Notes: a model not told the origin generated them from the letters alone. A stretch of 64,000 bases of DNA from Oscillospiraceae bacterium (GCA_031290105.1 JAITOD010000074.1:2563-66562); one strand, 5' to 3'. Counted from the first letter of the stretch, positions 14,871 through 24,121 are shown. Numbers and translations: made by a program.

Positions 14871-14901
14871 TAAAAACGCCGCTCAGCTTGGGCGGCGTTT
14901 T
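14871..14901. terminator. bidirectional terminator AAAAACGCCGC-N9-GCGGCGTTTTT
   Basis: Lies between convergent genes. Confidence 0.75.
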
Positions 14902-14904
14902 TGC

Positions 14905-16251
14905 TTATGCTTCAGATGCAACCAGAACGGAATCAATTCCTGCTGCCGCAAGCGCCCCAACAACTGTGCCGTTGATTTCCTCGCCCGCAAGCACTATAGG
15001 TACGGCGGGCGGGCATGGGATTATGTTGCGCGCGGAAATTTTCCCCACGGCGCGGTCAACCGGCACACAAATAACCGACGCCAAAAACGCCTCACGCGGA
15101 GACATAATCCGTTGAGGAATTGGAAACTTGGGTGACGTTTCGTCGCACGGAAGAAATGCCTCAAGCTCAACTGCCAATGCGGATAACGCCGTACCCAACC
15201 GCGCAAAATCATCTATGCCGTTCGCGGCCCCCGGAATGAGTATGACTTTACCCTGCTCAGCGTATTCAGGTTCAATGCCGTTTTCGCGCAGAAATCTACC
15301 TGCGCCGCAATCTTTCGGCACGGCGAAAGCAATGCGCAATGGGTCAACGTCGCCCGGCGGCTGTAAAAAGCCAAGTTTTTCCAGCAAGGTTTTGCTGATT
15401 GCGACTCGTTCCGCCAGCCGCGCCAGTTCATACGCTCCGCGCTCTGCCAGCCACGCCCGCGCGCAGTCCAACGAAAGCAAAATCGGGAACGAAGGGCTTG
15501 ACGAGCCGAACATGCGCATGGCGTGCCGAGCGGAGTCTGTGTCACTTGCGTGTGCAAGGTGCAGCCACGCGGCTCCGGTCAGTGCGGGCAACGTCTTGTG
15601 CGCGGACTCTGCCGCAAAGTCCGCGCCGGCTGTAACCGCTCCGCGCGCCGCGTTCAGAAAATCCAAGTGTGCTCCATGCGCCGCATCAACCAGCAAGGGC
15701 AAACCCACCGCATGGGCGGCTTTGGCAAGTGACGATAAATCACTCAATGTGCCAAAATAATCCGGGCAGGTGACATAAACCGCGCGCGCGTCAGGATGTT
15801 GGCGCAGCGCCGACTTGAGTGCCTGCGGCGTGACCCGCCCCGGAAAGTGTCCGCCTGCAGAGCCGTCGCAGTCCGGAAAAACCGGCTCAATCCCCAGCAG
15901 ACAAAACGCGTCCGCTGCCGCGCGGTGCAGCACACGTCCGCAGATCAATTTTCCGCCATGAGGCAACGCACACCGCAGCATAGCTTGGATGCACAGCGTG
16001 GCGCCGCCCGCGCTGAACAGCGTTTGCGCCGTGCCGAACAAATCCGCGGCCAGGGCTTCAGCCTCGCGGATTGCCCCAAAACCTGCAAAAAGGTCGCCGG
16101 TGCCGGGCAGTTCTGTGCTGTCCAGCCGCAAAAATGCCGCCAGTTCCGGCGGAAGCGCACTGCCCGGCGTATTTTTGTGTCCCGGCATGTGCAGCGGCAC
16201 GCGCCCGCAAGCCGCCTGCGCCAGCAGTGCATCATAGATTGGTGCGGGCAT
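14905..16251 (-). CDS. PLP-dependent Orn/Lys/Arg decarboxylase family protein (YaaO-like)
   Basis: N-terminus PLHMPGHK plus the internal SAHKTL PLP-lysine motif. Sits in a recR/ybaB neighbourhood, as in Bacillus. Confidence 0.8.
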   Translation of the reverse strand: MPAPIYDALLAQAACGRVPLHMPGHKNTPGSALPPELAAFLRLDSTELPGTGDLFAGFGAIREAEALAADLFGTAQTLFSAGGATLCIQAMLRCALPHGGKLICGRVLHRAAADAFCLLGIEPVFPDCDGSAGGHFPGRVTPQALKSALRQHPDARAVYVTCPDYFGTLSDLSSLAKAAHAVGLPLLVDAAHGAHLDFLNAARGAVTAGADFAAESAHKTLPALTGAAWLHLAHASDTDSARHAMRMFGSSSPSFPILLSLDCARAWLAERGAYELARLAERVAISKTLLEKLGFLQPPGDVDPLRIAFAVPKDCGAGRFLRENGIEPEYAEQGKVILIPGAANGIDDFARLGTALSALAVELEAFLPCDETSPKFPIPQRIMSPREAFLASVICVPVDRAVGKISARNIIPCPPAVPIVLAGEEINGTVVGALAAAGIDSVLVASEA

Positions 16252-16289
16252 GGTACAACCTCCTTTGTGACAAAATAAATCACATAAGA

Positions 16290-17663
16290 CTAAGACGAGA
16301 ACGTCATATTTTTTAGCAGCGAATCTTGAAAATTCGTCACTAATGATAAATCTATATATTCACCGGCTTGCGCGATTTTATCTGCGTTTTGCACAGCTTT
16401 TGGCAGCAGAGCATACAAAATTCCTCCCGCAAGCGCGCTGTTGCCGAGGGCAATTTGAGGAATTGCTCTTCCAAAAATCCCCAGACGCATTGTATTAGCG
16501 AGGCTCAGCGCACTGCCAAGCGAACCGGAAAGCGCCGTCATTTTCAGCTCGCGCGGATCAATATCAGCGTGTGCACAGAGCAACTCAACACCAGCCGCAA
16601 CCGCTGCTTTTGCAAGCTGAAACGCCCGCACATCCGCCTGAGTTATGGTGATTCCCGCCGCAACTTGATATGCCTGCGCGAGTGAGCCGTCCGCGCGCAG
16701 TTGGTATGTGCGGCGCAGCTCTGCAAGCACATCAACCAGCCCGCCGGCACAAATACCGCATGGCTTTGAACCGGCGATTGCGACGATTTTTGTCCGAGCG
16801 CCAAGAATAGAAAATCCGCAGACAGCGCCGGGCAGCGCCGGCATTCCGCATGAAATACCCGCGCCCTCAAACACCGGACCCGCCGCCGCCGATGTGACAA
16901 AAAGTCCTGCGTCCGTGCACAACGCAAGCTCTGCGTTTGTTCCCAAATCCGCAAGCAAATAGGGGCGCGGCGCGTCCGCCAATGTGAGCAAACCGGCGGT
17001 GATGTCCGCGCCGCAAAACGCGTGCAGGCACGGCGGCGTATTGACCATTTTTGTCCAGTCCCAGCCAAAAAATGAGCCGCGTTCCTCACGCGCTTCCAAA
17101 AACGCAGGTTGGTAGGGGTAGCGCCCCAAGCCGGAGCAATCCGCTCCAAAAAGCAGGTGCAGCATGGCTGTATTGCCCACAACAACTGACTTTTTAACCC
17201 GCTGCTCGCCCAAAATCTCGCGACACATTCTGCCAATTTGCGCGCGGACACTGTCACGCAGGGCCGCAAGCTCCCCCGAAACGGCCGCCTGTAAACGGCT
17301 CAGCACGTCCGCGCCGAAGACCCGCTGCGCATTCATCTCGGTCGTCCGCGCAAGGATCGCCCCGGATTCGTCAATAAGCGCGGCGGTGATGGTTGTTGTG
17401 CCTAAATCAATCACGGCAGTGTGACATTTGCCGTGCTGCGCAGATGAAGATTTGGCAATTAGAGAATCCGCCGACGCGTCTGGCAGTTCCACGCGCATTC
17501 CCGCCCGCGCCGCCGTTCGGCAAGCTAAAACCGCCTTACCGTCGGCAATCACGGTGCATTTGCCGCACTTGCCAACCCCGCCGCAGGGCGCATCAACAAA
17601 CACGCCCAATCTGCGCAGGGCGTGGTAAATTGTCTCTCCCGGGCGCGGGGATTGCAGCGTGAT
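16290..17663 (-). CDS. ASKHA-fold (DUF4445) protein with N-terminal 2Fe-2S ferredoxin-like domain (RACo-like)
   Basis: CGGVGKCGKC cluster motif followed by DLGTTTI ASKHA motif. The domain needs residues upstream of the listed TTG at 17609, so the start is proposed at ATC 17663 behind a GGGGAGGGG RBS. Confidence 0.7.
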   Translation of the reverse strand: MTLQSPRPGETIYHALRRLGVFVDAPCGGVGKCGKCTVIADGKAVLACRTAARAGMRVELPDASADSLIAKSSSAQHGKCHTAVIDLGTTTITAALIDESGAILARTTEMNAQRVFGADVLSRLQAAVSGELAALRDSVRAQIGRMCREILGEQRVKKSVVVGNTAMLHLLFGADCSGLGRYPYQPAFLEAREERGSFFGWDWTKMVNTPPCLHAFCGADITAGLLTLADAPRPYLLADLGTNAELALCTDAGLFVTSAAAGPVFEGAGISCGMPALPGAVCGFSILGARTKIVAIAGSKPCGICAGGLVDVLAELRRTYQLRADGSLAQAYQVAAGITITQADVRAFQLAKAAVAAGVELLCAHADIDPRELKMTALSGSLGSALSLANTMRLGIFGRAIPQIALGNSALAGGILYALLPKAVQNADKIAQAGEYIDLSLVTNFQDSLLKNMTFSS

Positions 17664-17677
17664 GGTGACCCCTCCCC

Positions 17678-18277
17678 TTACAGCTCTTTTCGGCCCTCAA
17701 GCGCCCGCAGCAGCGTGACCTCGTCCGCATATTCCAGCGACGCGCCAACGGGAATCCCATAAGCAAGACGGCTGGTCCGTACGCCCAACGGCTTGATCAG
17801 CCGTGAGAGGTACATGGCGGTCGCCTCGCCCTCAACGGTGGGATTTGTTGCCATTATGACCTCGCGTACCACACTGTCGGCAAGCCGCGCGAGCAGCTCC
17901 TTCACGGTCAAATCCTGCGGACGCACGCCGTTGAGCGGCGAGATTGCCCCGTGCAGCACGTGATAAACACCGCCGTATTCATGCGTGCGCTCTATTGCAA
18001 GCACGTCGCGCGGGGTTTCAACAACACAGATGAGCGACGCGTCACGGCTTGGCGCGGCGCAGACCCCGCAGAGCGCCCCGTCGGTGAAATCACAGCACTT
18101 TGGGCAGCGGTGGATTTTTTCGTGCGCCGACAAAATTGCGTCGGCAAAGCCCTGCGCCTGTTCCGCCGGGAGCGTCAGCACAAAATAAGCCAAGCGTTGG
18201 GCAGTCTTTGCGCCAACGCCGGGCAAGCGATGAAACCAGTCGGTCAGCTCCGCGAGCGCCGCGCTGCCTTTGGGCAT
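17678..18277 (-). CDS. recR: recombination protein RecR
   Basis: HhH motif LPGVGAKTAQRLA, C4 zinc motif CPKC..C..C and a Toprim domain. Confidence 0.93.
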   Translation of the reverse strand: MPKGSAALAELTDWFHRLPGVGAKTAQRLAYFVLTLPAEQAQGFADAILSAHEKIHRCPKCCDFTDGALCGVCAAPSRDASLICVVETPRDVLAIERTHEYGGVYHVLHGAISPLNGVRPQDLTVKELLARLADSVVREVIMATNPTVEGEATAMYLSRLIKPLGVRTSRLAYGIPVGASLEYADEVTLLRALEGRKEL

Positions 18278-18409
18278 ATTTGGCAGTCACCACCTTTTGG
18301 TTTTAGTGATTAAGGTTGAGCGATGCTCAGCTACCGAGTTTTAAGCTTTATACGCCGCTCAATGTAAAGAACGTTCACGCTTTTCTTTATCCCGTGAAAA
18401 GAAAATAAG

Positions 18410-18736
18410 TTACAGCCCCGGAATCGGCACGCCGGATTTTGCGCCGTCAACCGCCGTATGCATTGCTTCCTCAGCCTTTTGCGTGGCCTCGTTGAACGCC
18501 GCAATCAGCAAATCCTGGAGCATTTCCACGTCCTCCGGGTCAACAACCTCCGGGGAAATCGTCACCGCAGTGACCTCGTGGTCCCCCTTGAGCGTTACGC
18601 TGACCGCCCCGCCGCCCGCCGACGCGCTATACTCAGTCGCCTCAATAACCGATTGCGCGGCGGCAAGTTTTTCCTGCATTTCTTGAACCTTTTTCATCAG
18701 CCCGTTGCCGATTGCCTGTGGAATTCTGGCTTTCAT
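18410..18736 (-). CDS. ybaB: nucleoid-associated protein YbaB/EbfC
   Basis: 108 aa with KKVQEMQEKL...GGGAV.V...G pattern. Lies upstream of recR. Confidence 0.88.
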   Translation of the reverse strand: MKARIPQAIGNGLMKKVQEMQEKLAAAQSVIEATEYSASAGGGAVSVTLKGDHEVTAVTISPEVVDPEDVEMLQDLLIAAFNEATQKAEEAMHTAVDGAKSGVPIPGL

Positions 18737-18874
18737 GGCGCACTCCTGTATTAATATGGTGGTTTTATACTTAATATTGTATCACTTGCGCGGACGAAAA
18801 GCAAGCGAGAATTGACTTATGCGTTAATATGCGTTATAATTAGAGCGGATATTCTGTGGACGGGAGCTGCGATT

Positions 18875-19798
18875 ATGTCTGTGCGGCGCGGCGTGAGTGC
18901 TTTTGTGGCGGTGGCAATGTTGCTGTCGCTTGGAGTTTTGCTGTCTGCTTGCGATTTTGGGGACGCAAACAAGCCCACTGAGCCGCCGCGCACGGTTTTT
19001 GCTGAGCCGCCCACGCTTGCGCTTCCGCCAACAGAGCCGACACAGCCGTTAACGCTGCCGAAGTTCACCGAGCCGACGGCGACTATACCAACCTTGCCTC
19101 CGGCAACAACACCGGCTCCTTCTACTGCGCCTAAACCGCCGTCAACAACGCCGCCATCCGCAAGTATCGGCGAGAGCACCACAAAACCACCGGAAGTGCC
19201 GAGCAATTTGCGGACAATTTCCGGCATTGTGGAATATTTTAACAAAGCGGCGAACGATGCAAAAGCTAACGCAAACAAGGCAACCCAAACGCTTGACCGC
19301 ATCAAAGTCATAGAAAGTTCTGCGGCGGGCGTTGACATGACGGGGCCTATTGGCCTGGCGCGCAACGTAGACAGCAGCAAGGAGAAGACTATCACCAAAA
19401 GCAACCTCCCGGTGCGCGGCAAGAGCTACGCCAGCCGCCTTCAGCCGGCAGGGGTTGCGGACGCGAGCTGCAAAATCGACGGCGGCGAATATGTAGTTAC
19501 CATTAGCCTTAAGCCTGAGAGCGGCAGAATCTATCAGGACAACAGCTACCACGGGCAGGTTTTCACCATAACCGACGGTGAGGGCGAGAACGACGATTTG
19601 CCCGGTGCTACAAAAAAAGCTGAATTCAAAATATCTTATTCCAACGCGTCAATTGTCTCCCGCATAAACCGCAAGACCGGCAGGCTCAACACCAGCCATT
19701 ACGCATTCCATCAGCGCATTGAGGGCACGATCGGCACTTTCGCCTGGGTTACTTATGAAATCGACGTGGAGGACGCATATGCGTTCACCTGGAACTAA
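18875..19798 (+). CDS. lipoprotein of unknown function
   Basis: ATG at 18875 gives a signal peptide ending in the lipobox LLSAC, then a Pro/Thr-rich linker. Confidence 0.6.
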   Translation: MSVRRGVSAFVAVAMLLSLGVLLSACDFGDANKPTEPPRTVFAEPPTLALPPTEPTQPLTLPKFTEPTATIPTLPPATTPAPSTAPKPPSTTPPSASIGESTTKPPEVPSNLRTISGIVEYFNKAANDAKANANKATQTLDRIKVIESSAAGVDMTGPIGLARNVDSSKEKTITKSNLPVRGKSYASRLQPAGVADASCKIDGGEYVVTISLKPESGRIYQDNSYHGQVFTITDGEGENDDLPGATKKAEFKISYSNASIVSRINRKTGRLNTSHYAFHQRIEGTIGTFAWVTYEIDVEDAYAFTWN

Positions 19799-19818
19799 AC
19801 AACGAACAAGGACACGCA

Positions 19819-20394
19819 ATGGATAATCTTAACATCCTTATCGCCGGAGTTGGCGGCCAAGGCACAGTGTTGCTGGCGCGCTTGATTGCTGACATGGCTT
19901 TGGCGCGCGATTTGGCGGTGCGCGGCAGTGAGACCATCGGCATGGCACAGCGCGGCGGGTCCGTCGTCAGCCATGTGCGCATTGGCGAATCGCACTCACC
20001 ACTAATTCCGCACGGAGAGGCGGATATACTCCTGGCATTCGAGCCTGGCGAAGCTATACGCGCGTTTGGGTATCTCAGACAAGGCGGCGCACTTGCTGTT
20101 TGCGATCGGCAACTAGCGGCGGCGGGGGCGGTTCCTGCCGCGCGGAGCGCGGAACCGCCCCCGCCGCTCGCAGAGCTGCGGACTCGCGCACCAAATATTA
20201 CCATCATATCCTTTGATAAAGTCCTACAAACTTGCGGCAGCGCCAAAGCACTGAACGTTGCACTCCTGGGCGCGGCAATCGCTGCAAACATTCTGCCGTT
20301 TTCAATCGGCGACGCAAGAGCGGCCCTGCGCGGGCGTGTGCCCGAACGGTTCCGGGAGCTGAACGAAACCGCGCTGAGCTGCGCCGCAGTGTAA
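19819..20394 (+). CDS. iorB: indolepyruvate/2-oxoacid:ferredoxin oxidoreductase beta(gamma-type) subunit
   Basis: ILIAGVGGQGTVLLARLI...SETIGMAQRGGSV signature. No iorA lies adjacent. Confidence 0.8.
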   Translation: MDNLNILIAGVGGQGTVLLARLIADMALARDLAVRGSETIGMAQRGGSVVSHVRIGESHSPLIPHGEADILLAFEPGEAIRAFGYLRQGGALAVCDRQLAAAGAVPAARSAEPPPPLAELRTRAPNITIISFDKVLQTCGSAKALNVALLGAAIAANILPFSIGDARAALRGRVPERFRELNETALSCAAV

Positions 20395-20694
20395 AGCAGC
20401 AGAAGCCCTGCTCTCGCGAAGCAACTCGCCCGAAAAGCGGTAGTAGCCGCGCAATATGCGCTCAGTCTCGCGGAGTTCTTCCAGCTGACGGTACATTACC
20501 GCAAGCCGTGAGCGCACCTGATATCCCCGCGCCGAATGCTGTGCGTTGGGGATTTTGTTGAATTCTGCCCGCGCCTGCGTAATGCGCCGCAGCTGATGCT
20601 CGCTTTCCGCAACGTAAAACTCCCATAAATCCTGCAAAGCCCCTGCTTGCTCGTTGACCGTACCCTGCGATTCAAATTCGATTTTTTCTATCAT
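20302..20694 (-). CDS. hypothetical small protein of element remnant; 3' end reads through into antisense iorB
   Basis: 130-aa ORF 24 nt downstream of the sigma-like gene. Its last ~31 codons are antisense to iorB. Confidence 0.4.
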   Translation of the reverse strand: MIEKIEFESQGTVNEQAGALQDLWEFYVAESEHQLRRITQARAEFNKIPNAQHSARGYQVRSRLAVMYRQLEELRETERILRGYYRFSGELLRESRASAALHCGAAQRGFVQLPEPFGHTPAQGRSCVAD

Positions 20695-20717
20695 CTTTTA
20701 CCTCTTTATATATAACT

Positions 20718-21026
20718 TCACGCTGCGTCGTCCAATTGGCTGCGCAGCTGAGAATAGCGAACGGCGTAGCGCAGCGCATTGCGCAGCTTGCCGTAGCAGT
20801 TTTTCAAACGCTTGCGTACTGCTTGTTCGCTGATTTGCTCCGCGCGCGCGATGCCGCTTATGCGTTCACCCTCAAACCAGATTGCGCGGAGCGTGGCTGC
20901 CTGTACTGAACTGAGTTCGCTGCCGATTGCCTCCCGCAAGAGCGCGGTGAGGATTGGGTCGCCGCCAAACGCGGGCCCCGGGAATTGCCCGTCGTTTTTG
21001 GCGGCCGGGATGGGTTTCTCTGTCAT
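20718..21026 (-). CDS. sigma-70 region-4-like HTH protein (conjugative-element/phage type)
   Basis: Start MTEKP at 21026. C-terminal ISGIARAEQISEQAVRKRLKNCYGKLR resembles a sigma region 4 HTH. Confidence 0.6.
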   Translation of the reverse strand: MTEKPIPAAKNDGQFPGPAFGGDPILTALLREAIGSELSSVQAATLRAIWFEGERISGIARAEQISEQAVRKRLKNCYGKLRNALRYAVRYSQLRSQLDDAA

Positions 21027-21613
21027 GTTGAATTCCTTTCTGTAAGCGCGTATAGAACAAATGTACCACCAATGATTTCCATTATAGCGAACTTTTGTTC
21101 GTTTGTCAAGAGGGAAGAGGAAAATTCTGCGCAAATCAGTCCCGCAGGGCGCTCCTGTAAGGCGACTATCGCGGACGTAGAAGTTTTGTTTGATTTTTTG
21201 TGCAATATGCACAAAATTTCCAGGGGGGTACTCGCCCGACCGGGAAATAAGTCGAAATTACGCACTAAATGCCTTCGTTGCATCCCGAAAAAACCAGTAA
21301 TATCAAGGATCCTTCACCGATTGTTCACAAAACTTGAAAAATCTGTCAAATCGCCCAAGATCGGAAGAGAGGGGAGGAATTATATATAAATTTTGCTAAA
21401 AACCGCGACGGCAAAGCAAAACGGAAAGCCGTTCCCGCAGGAGGTCGAATTGAGCGAAAAATCCGCGCGGCCGGCAGAGGTCAATATCGCTCTCAATCTC
21501 GACAAACGCGAGATTGAGGTAATTACCAGACGCCTCTTCTTCATTTTCGCAGAATAAAGGTTGTTTTTCGAACTGATATTATGTATAAATAAAGAAGATT
21601 GACCCGTTAGGAG

Positions 21614-21922
21614 GTGTGTGATTTGAAATGCTACGCCGATTTGTCGGCAAAGGGCTGTTTTATGCTGGAAGAAATTTCCACACTTACAGGCAATAATAAC
21701 ACAGCCGGAACGCTCACAAAGAGCTATCTGCGCAAAGAGTATATCCAAAAAATACGCCGCAATCTCTACGTCGCCGTGAATCTTGCGGACAATAAACCCG
21801 CGGCAAGCCGTTTCCGCATAGCAAAGCACATCACGCCCACGGCTTATCTGCTGCCGAATTATGCCAAAGTGCCGTCGCTGATGACGGCACTTTGCCGAGA
21901 ATCAGGGTTGTTCCTCCAATAA
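21614..21922 (+). pseudogene. AbiEi-type antitoxin N-terminal fragment, truncated
   Basis: LRKEYIQKIRRNLYVAVN...ITPTAYL resembles the AbiEi winged-helix N-terminus. The frame runs into the 3' end of the convergent vat gene and stops. Confidence 0.4.
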
Positions 21923-22546
21923 TTTTTGCACTTTGATTTTCACAACGCCTAAGTCGCTGTCGATCAAAATCGGTATCAACTTTTTGATGTGTTCTGTTGG
22001 CAAATCCCACCATTTTAATTTCAGAATAAGGTCAATCAACTCGTCATCGAAACGTTTTCTTATGAGCCGCGCCGGATTACCCGCAACAATTGAATATGCC
22101 CCGACTGTGCCGCCTACAGTGCTGTTTGCACCGACAATCACGCCATCACCTATGTGCGAACCGGGCAGGATTGGGACGTTTTGTCCTATCCAAACATCAT
22201 TACCTATAACCGTATCGCCTTTAAGCGGCATAGCTGAAAGCGGTGGCGCGGATTGTTCCCGGCCTTCAAAAATATAAAACGGAAATGTTGACACGGTGTC
22301 CATTTGATGGTTTGCGCCGTTCATTATGAACTCAACACCACTTGCGATTTGGCAGAACTTGCCGATAATCAATTTGTCACCGTAAAAATTGTAATGGTGT
22401 GTTATGTGCTTCTCAAAATCAATGCCGCTGAAATAGGTAAAGTCTCCGACAATTACATTTTCGCTCTTAACAGTCGGTTTTACATAAGTTACAGTATCTA
22501 TACTCGGCGCGGGGAAAATCGTGTTCGGATTTGGCATATTTTCCAT
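21902..22546 (-). CDS. vat: Vat-family streptogramin A O-acetyltransferase (xenobiotic hexapeptide acetyltransferase)
   Basis: Collinear with my recollection of VatD: HYNFYGDKLIIGKFCQIASGVEFIMNGANHQMD, PLKGDTVIGNDVWIGQNV, AGNPARLIRKRFD..LKWWDL. AGGGGG RBS. Visibly more AT-rich than its flanks. Confidence 0.85.
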   Translation of the reverse strand: MENMPNPNTIFPAPSIDTVTYVKPTVKSENVIVGDFTYFSGIDFEKHITHHYNFYGDKLIIGKFCQIASGVEFIMNGANHQMDTVSTFPFYIFEGREQSAPPLSAMPLKGDTVIGNDVWIGQNVPILPGSHIGDGVIVGANSTVGGTVGAYSIVAGNPARLIRKRFDDELIDLILKLKWWDLPTEHIKKLIPILIDSDLGVVKIKVQKLLEEQP

Positions 22547-22573
22547 TATTAACCCCCTAACTTTGATTGATTC

Positions 22574-22602
22574 ATTATACAATAAAATCATTCAACATTC
22601 AA
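22574..22602 (-). promoter_or_regulatory. promoter TTGAAT-17-TATAAT for vat
   Basis: The hexamers partly overlap the 22596-22627 hairpin. Confidence 0.5.
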
Positions 22603-22627
22603 CTGCTTTTTGAGAAGCAGTTGAATG
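22596..22627 (-). terminator. 13-bp perfect hairpin CATTCAACTGCTT/AAGCAGTTGAATG
   Basis: Lies between the methylase remnant and vat. Confidence 0.55.
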
Positions 22628-22743
22628 GCCGGAGCGAAAAGCCCCCCCCTGCATATCCACGCTCAAATCTCCATTTACCGCGCCCTTATCCTCCTCGGCG
22701 GGTTCGTTGTGAGCAGTCCCTGCTCGCCGTATTTGGGATAATC

Positions 22744-23048
22744 TCAACATCGCAGCAGTACGCCATCGCAGTAATTCTCGGTGTCAAAGTACGGCGGATT
22801 GCAGTAAAATACGGAATCCGGGCGGTCGTGTTGGCGGATCAGCGGCTCGAAATCGCGGTTCTCGATGACGACTTTTCGCAGCCGTCCGCATGCCACGCGA
22901 ATTGAGCGTAATTTCAATCTCCGCGATGAGCTTTTCGGGTGCGCCGCGCCGCGCACATCGTAGACGCGCCGCCCTTGACTTCCTCCGAAACACTCTTTAA
23001 GAGCCGTGCCGCCGCCGAGTCCGACAGAAAAAATTTTATATTTCTCAT
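22744..23048 (-). pseudogene. N6-adenine DNA methyltransferase (Dam-like, NPPY) remnant, frameshifted and 3'-truncated
   Basis: VVIENRDFEPLIRQHDRPDSVFYCNPPY motif IV. No start codon, pieces in at least 2 frames, and a stop shortly after NPPY. Confidence 0.5.
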
Positions 23049-23290
23049 AAAAAAATCACCCCACTTTTTTGTTTCTGTGAGCTTTGTTTCTCAGCGATTT
23101 CTTCGGGCGTTAGTTTGCGGAAACTGTCCTCCTCCATAATCAACGCCAAGCCGCGCCCGTTGCCCCGGCTGATGTGGATTTGCGGTGCGTAGTCGATGAA
23201 TTTCACAGTCCCGCGCAAGACCGGCGGCATACCGGGTTCGCCGTTGCAGATTGAGTTCAGCTCGACTCTCGTACCGGGCGGGTAGGGCAA
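23045..23290 (-). CDS. DUF4314-like small protein (mobile-element associated)
   Basis: GTRVELNSICNGEPGMPPVLRGTVKFIDYAPQIHISRGNGRGLALI matches the DUF4314 pattern as I recall it. TTG start. Confidence 0.5.
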   Translation of the reverse strand: MPYPPGTRVELNSICNGEPGMPPVLRGTVKFIDYAPQIHISRGNGRGLALIMEEDSFRKLTPEEIAEKQSSQKQKSGVIFL

Positions 23291-23671
23291 ATCAATAATG
23301 TCCGTGTGGTCGCCGAGGCTACTAAAACTTTTAACATGAAAATTCCTCCTTAAAATGCCAAAAACCTACAGATTCTAATCGAAAACTGTGGCCTTCACGG
23401 CTGTATATTCTGTTTTGAGTTTCCGCTTTAGGCTAAAATCACTATGGTTCGAGTCTATCTGACGCTTGCCGGCGTCCAAATTTTTTTCTTCGCGGATTGT
23501 TACTCCCGACCGCACCAAAAAGCCGGTTAATCACCAGCTTTTTCGAGGGTGCATCTTTTTAGGAGTGCCATCTTTGAAAAGAGACTTTAAAAAGATGCCG
23601 TTTAAGTTACCGAGGAACAAACGTTATGCTTTGCGCTGGGTAATGAACGTCTTCTTGCGGGCGTTGCCCGC

Positions 23672-23746
23672 TGGCTGGGGAGGCAGGATTCGAACCTACG
23701 AATGACGGAGTCAAAGCCCGTTGCCTTACCGCTTGGCGACACCCCA
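23672..23746 (-). tRNA. tRNA-Gln (anticodon UUG), CCA encoded
   Basis: The reverse complement folds as a cloverleaf: TGGGGTG/TC/GCC-AAGCGGTAA-GGC/ACGGG-CTTTGAC-TCCGT/GTAGG-TTCGAAT-CCTGC/CTCCCCA-G-CCA. Near-identical to Bacillus tRNA-Gln. One U-U mismatch in the acceptor stem. Confidence 0.88.
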
Positions 23747-24121
23747 ATGCTATTCGCATATTATAATTGAATTTTAACGATATGTCAAGAGCTTCCGGCG
23801 AAGCCCCCCGCTGCGAACGCATGAACACACCTTCCCGCGCGTTGCCCGCCCCGTCAACCGCTGCGGGTGTTTTCCGCCGCAGCTGACGAAGCTCCGAGCC
23901 TGCACCGGCTTGAATTGCTGCGTCAGGGAAGAAATCTGTTGCCGCAAATTGGCAATTTCAAGCTCTTTTTCGGTTAACAATTTCTGCCATTCAACAATAG
24001 CAGCTTTTCGTTGCCTTTCCCAAAAAACTTACATCTGTGCCCGATAACATTTGGCTTAAGAGTTTCGCCTCCGAGAACGTCGCCTTCCGTCACGCACGTC
24101 GTCTAACAGGCGTTGCCTGTA

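Larger units (their letters stand above)
20395..23671. mobile_element. decayed integrative-element remnant at the tRNA-Gln 3' end
   Basis: Truncated or frameshifted element genes and an AT-rich vat cassette lie between the iorB stop and the tRNA 3' end. No integrase is present. Confidence 0.55.

Noticed and set aside
21380-21829. 149-aa minus-strand ORF
   Set aside because: It lies in AT-rich promoter-like DNA antisense to the AbiEi-like fragment, with no RBS or motif.
23446-23455. GGTTCGAGTC T-loop-like sequence as a tRNA fragment or att repeat
   Set aside because: The flanks do not form T-stem or acceptor pairing, and it does not repeat the tRNA-Gln 3' end (GGTTCGAATCCTGCC).
23774-23980. 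68-aa coiled-coil-like ORF next to tRNA-Gln
   Set aside because: It has only a TTG start, no RBS, and its C-terminal half is Arg/Gly/Cys-rich. It may be a remnant but is not supportable as a gene.
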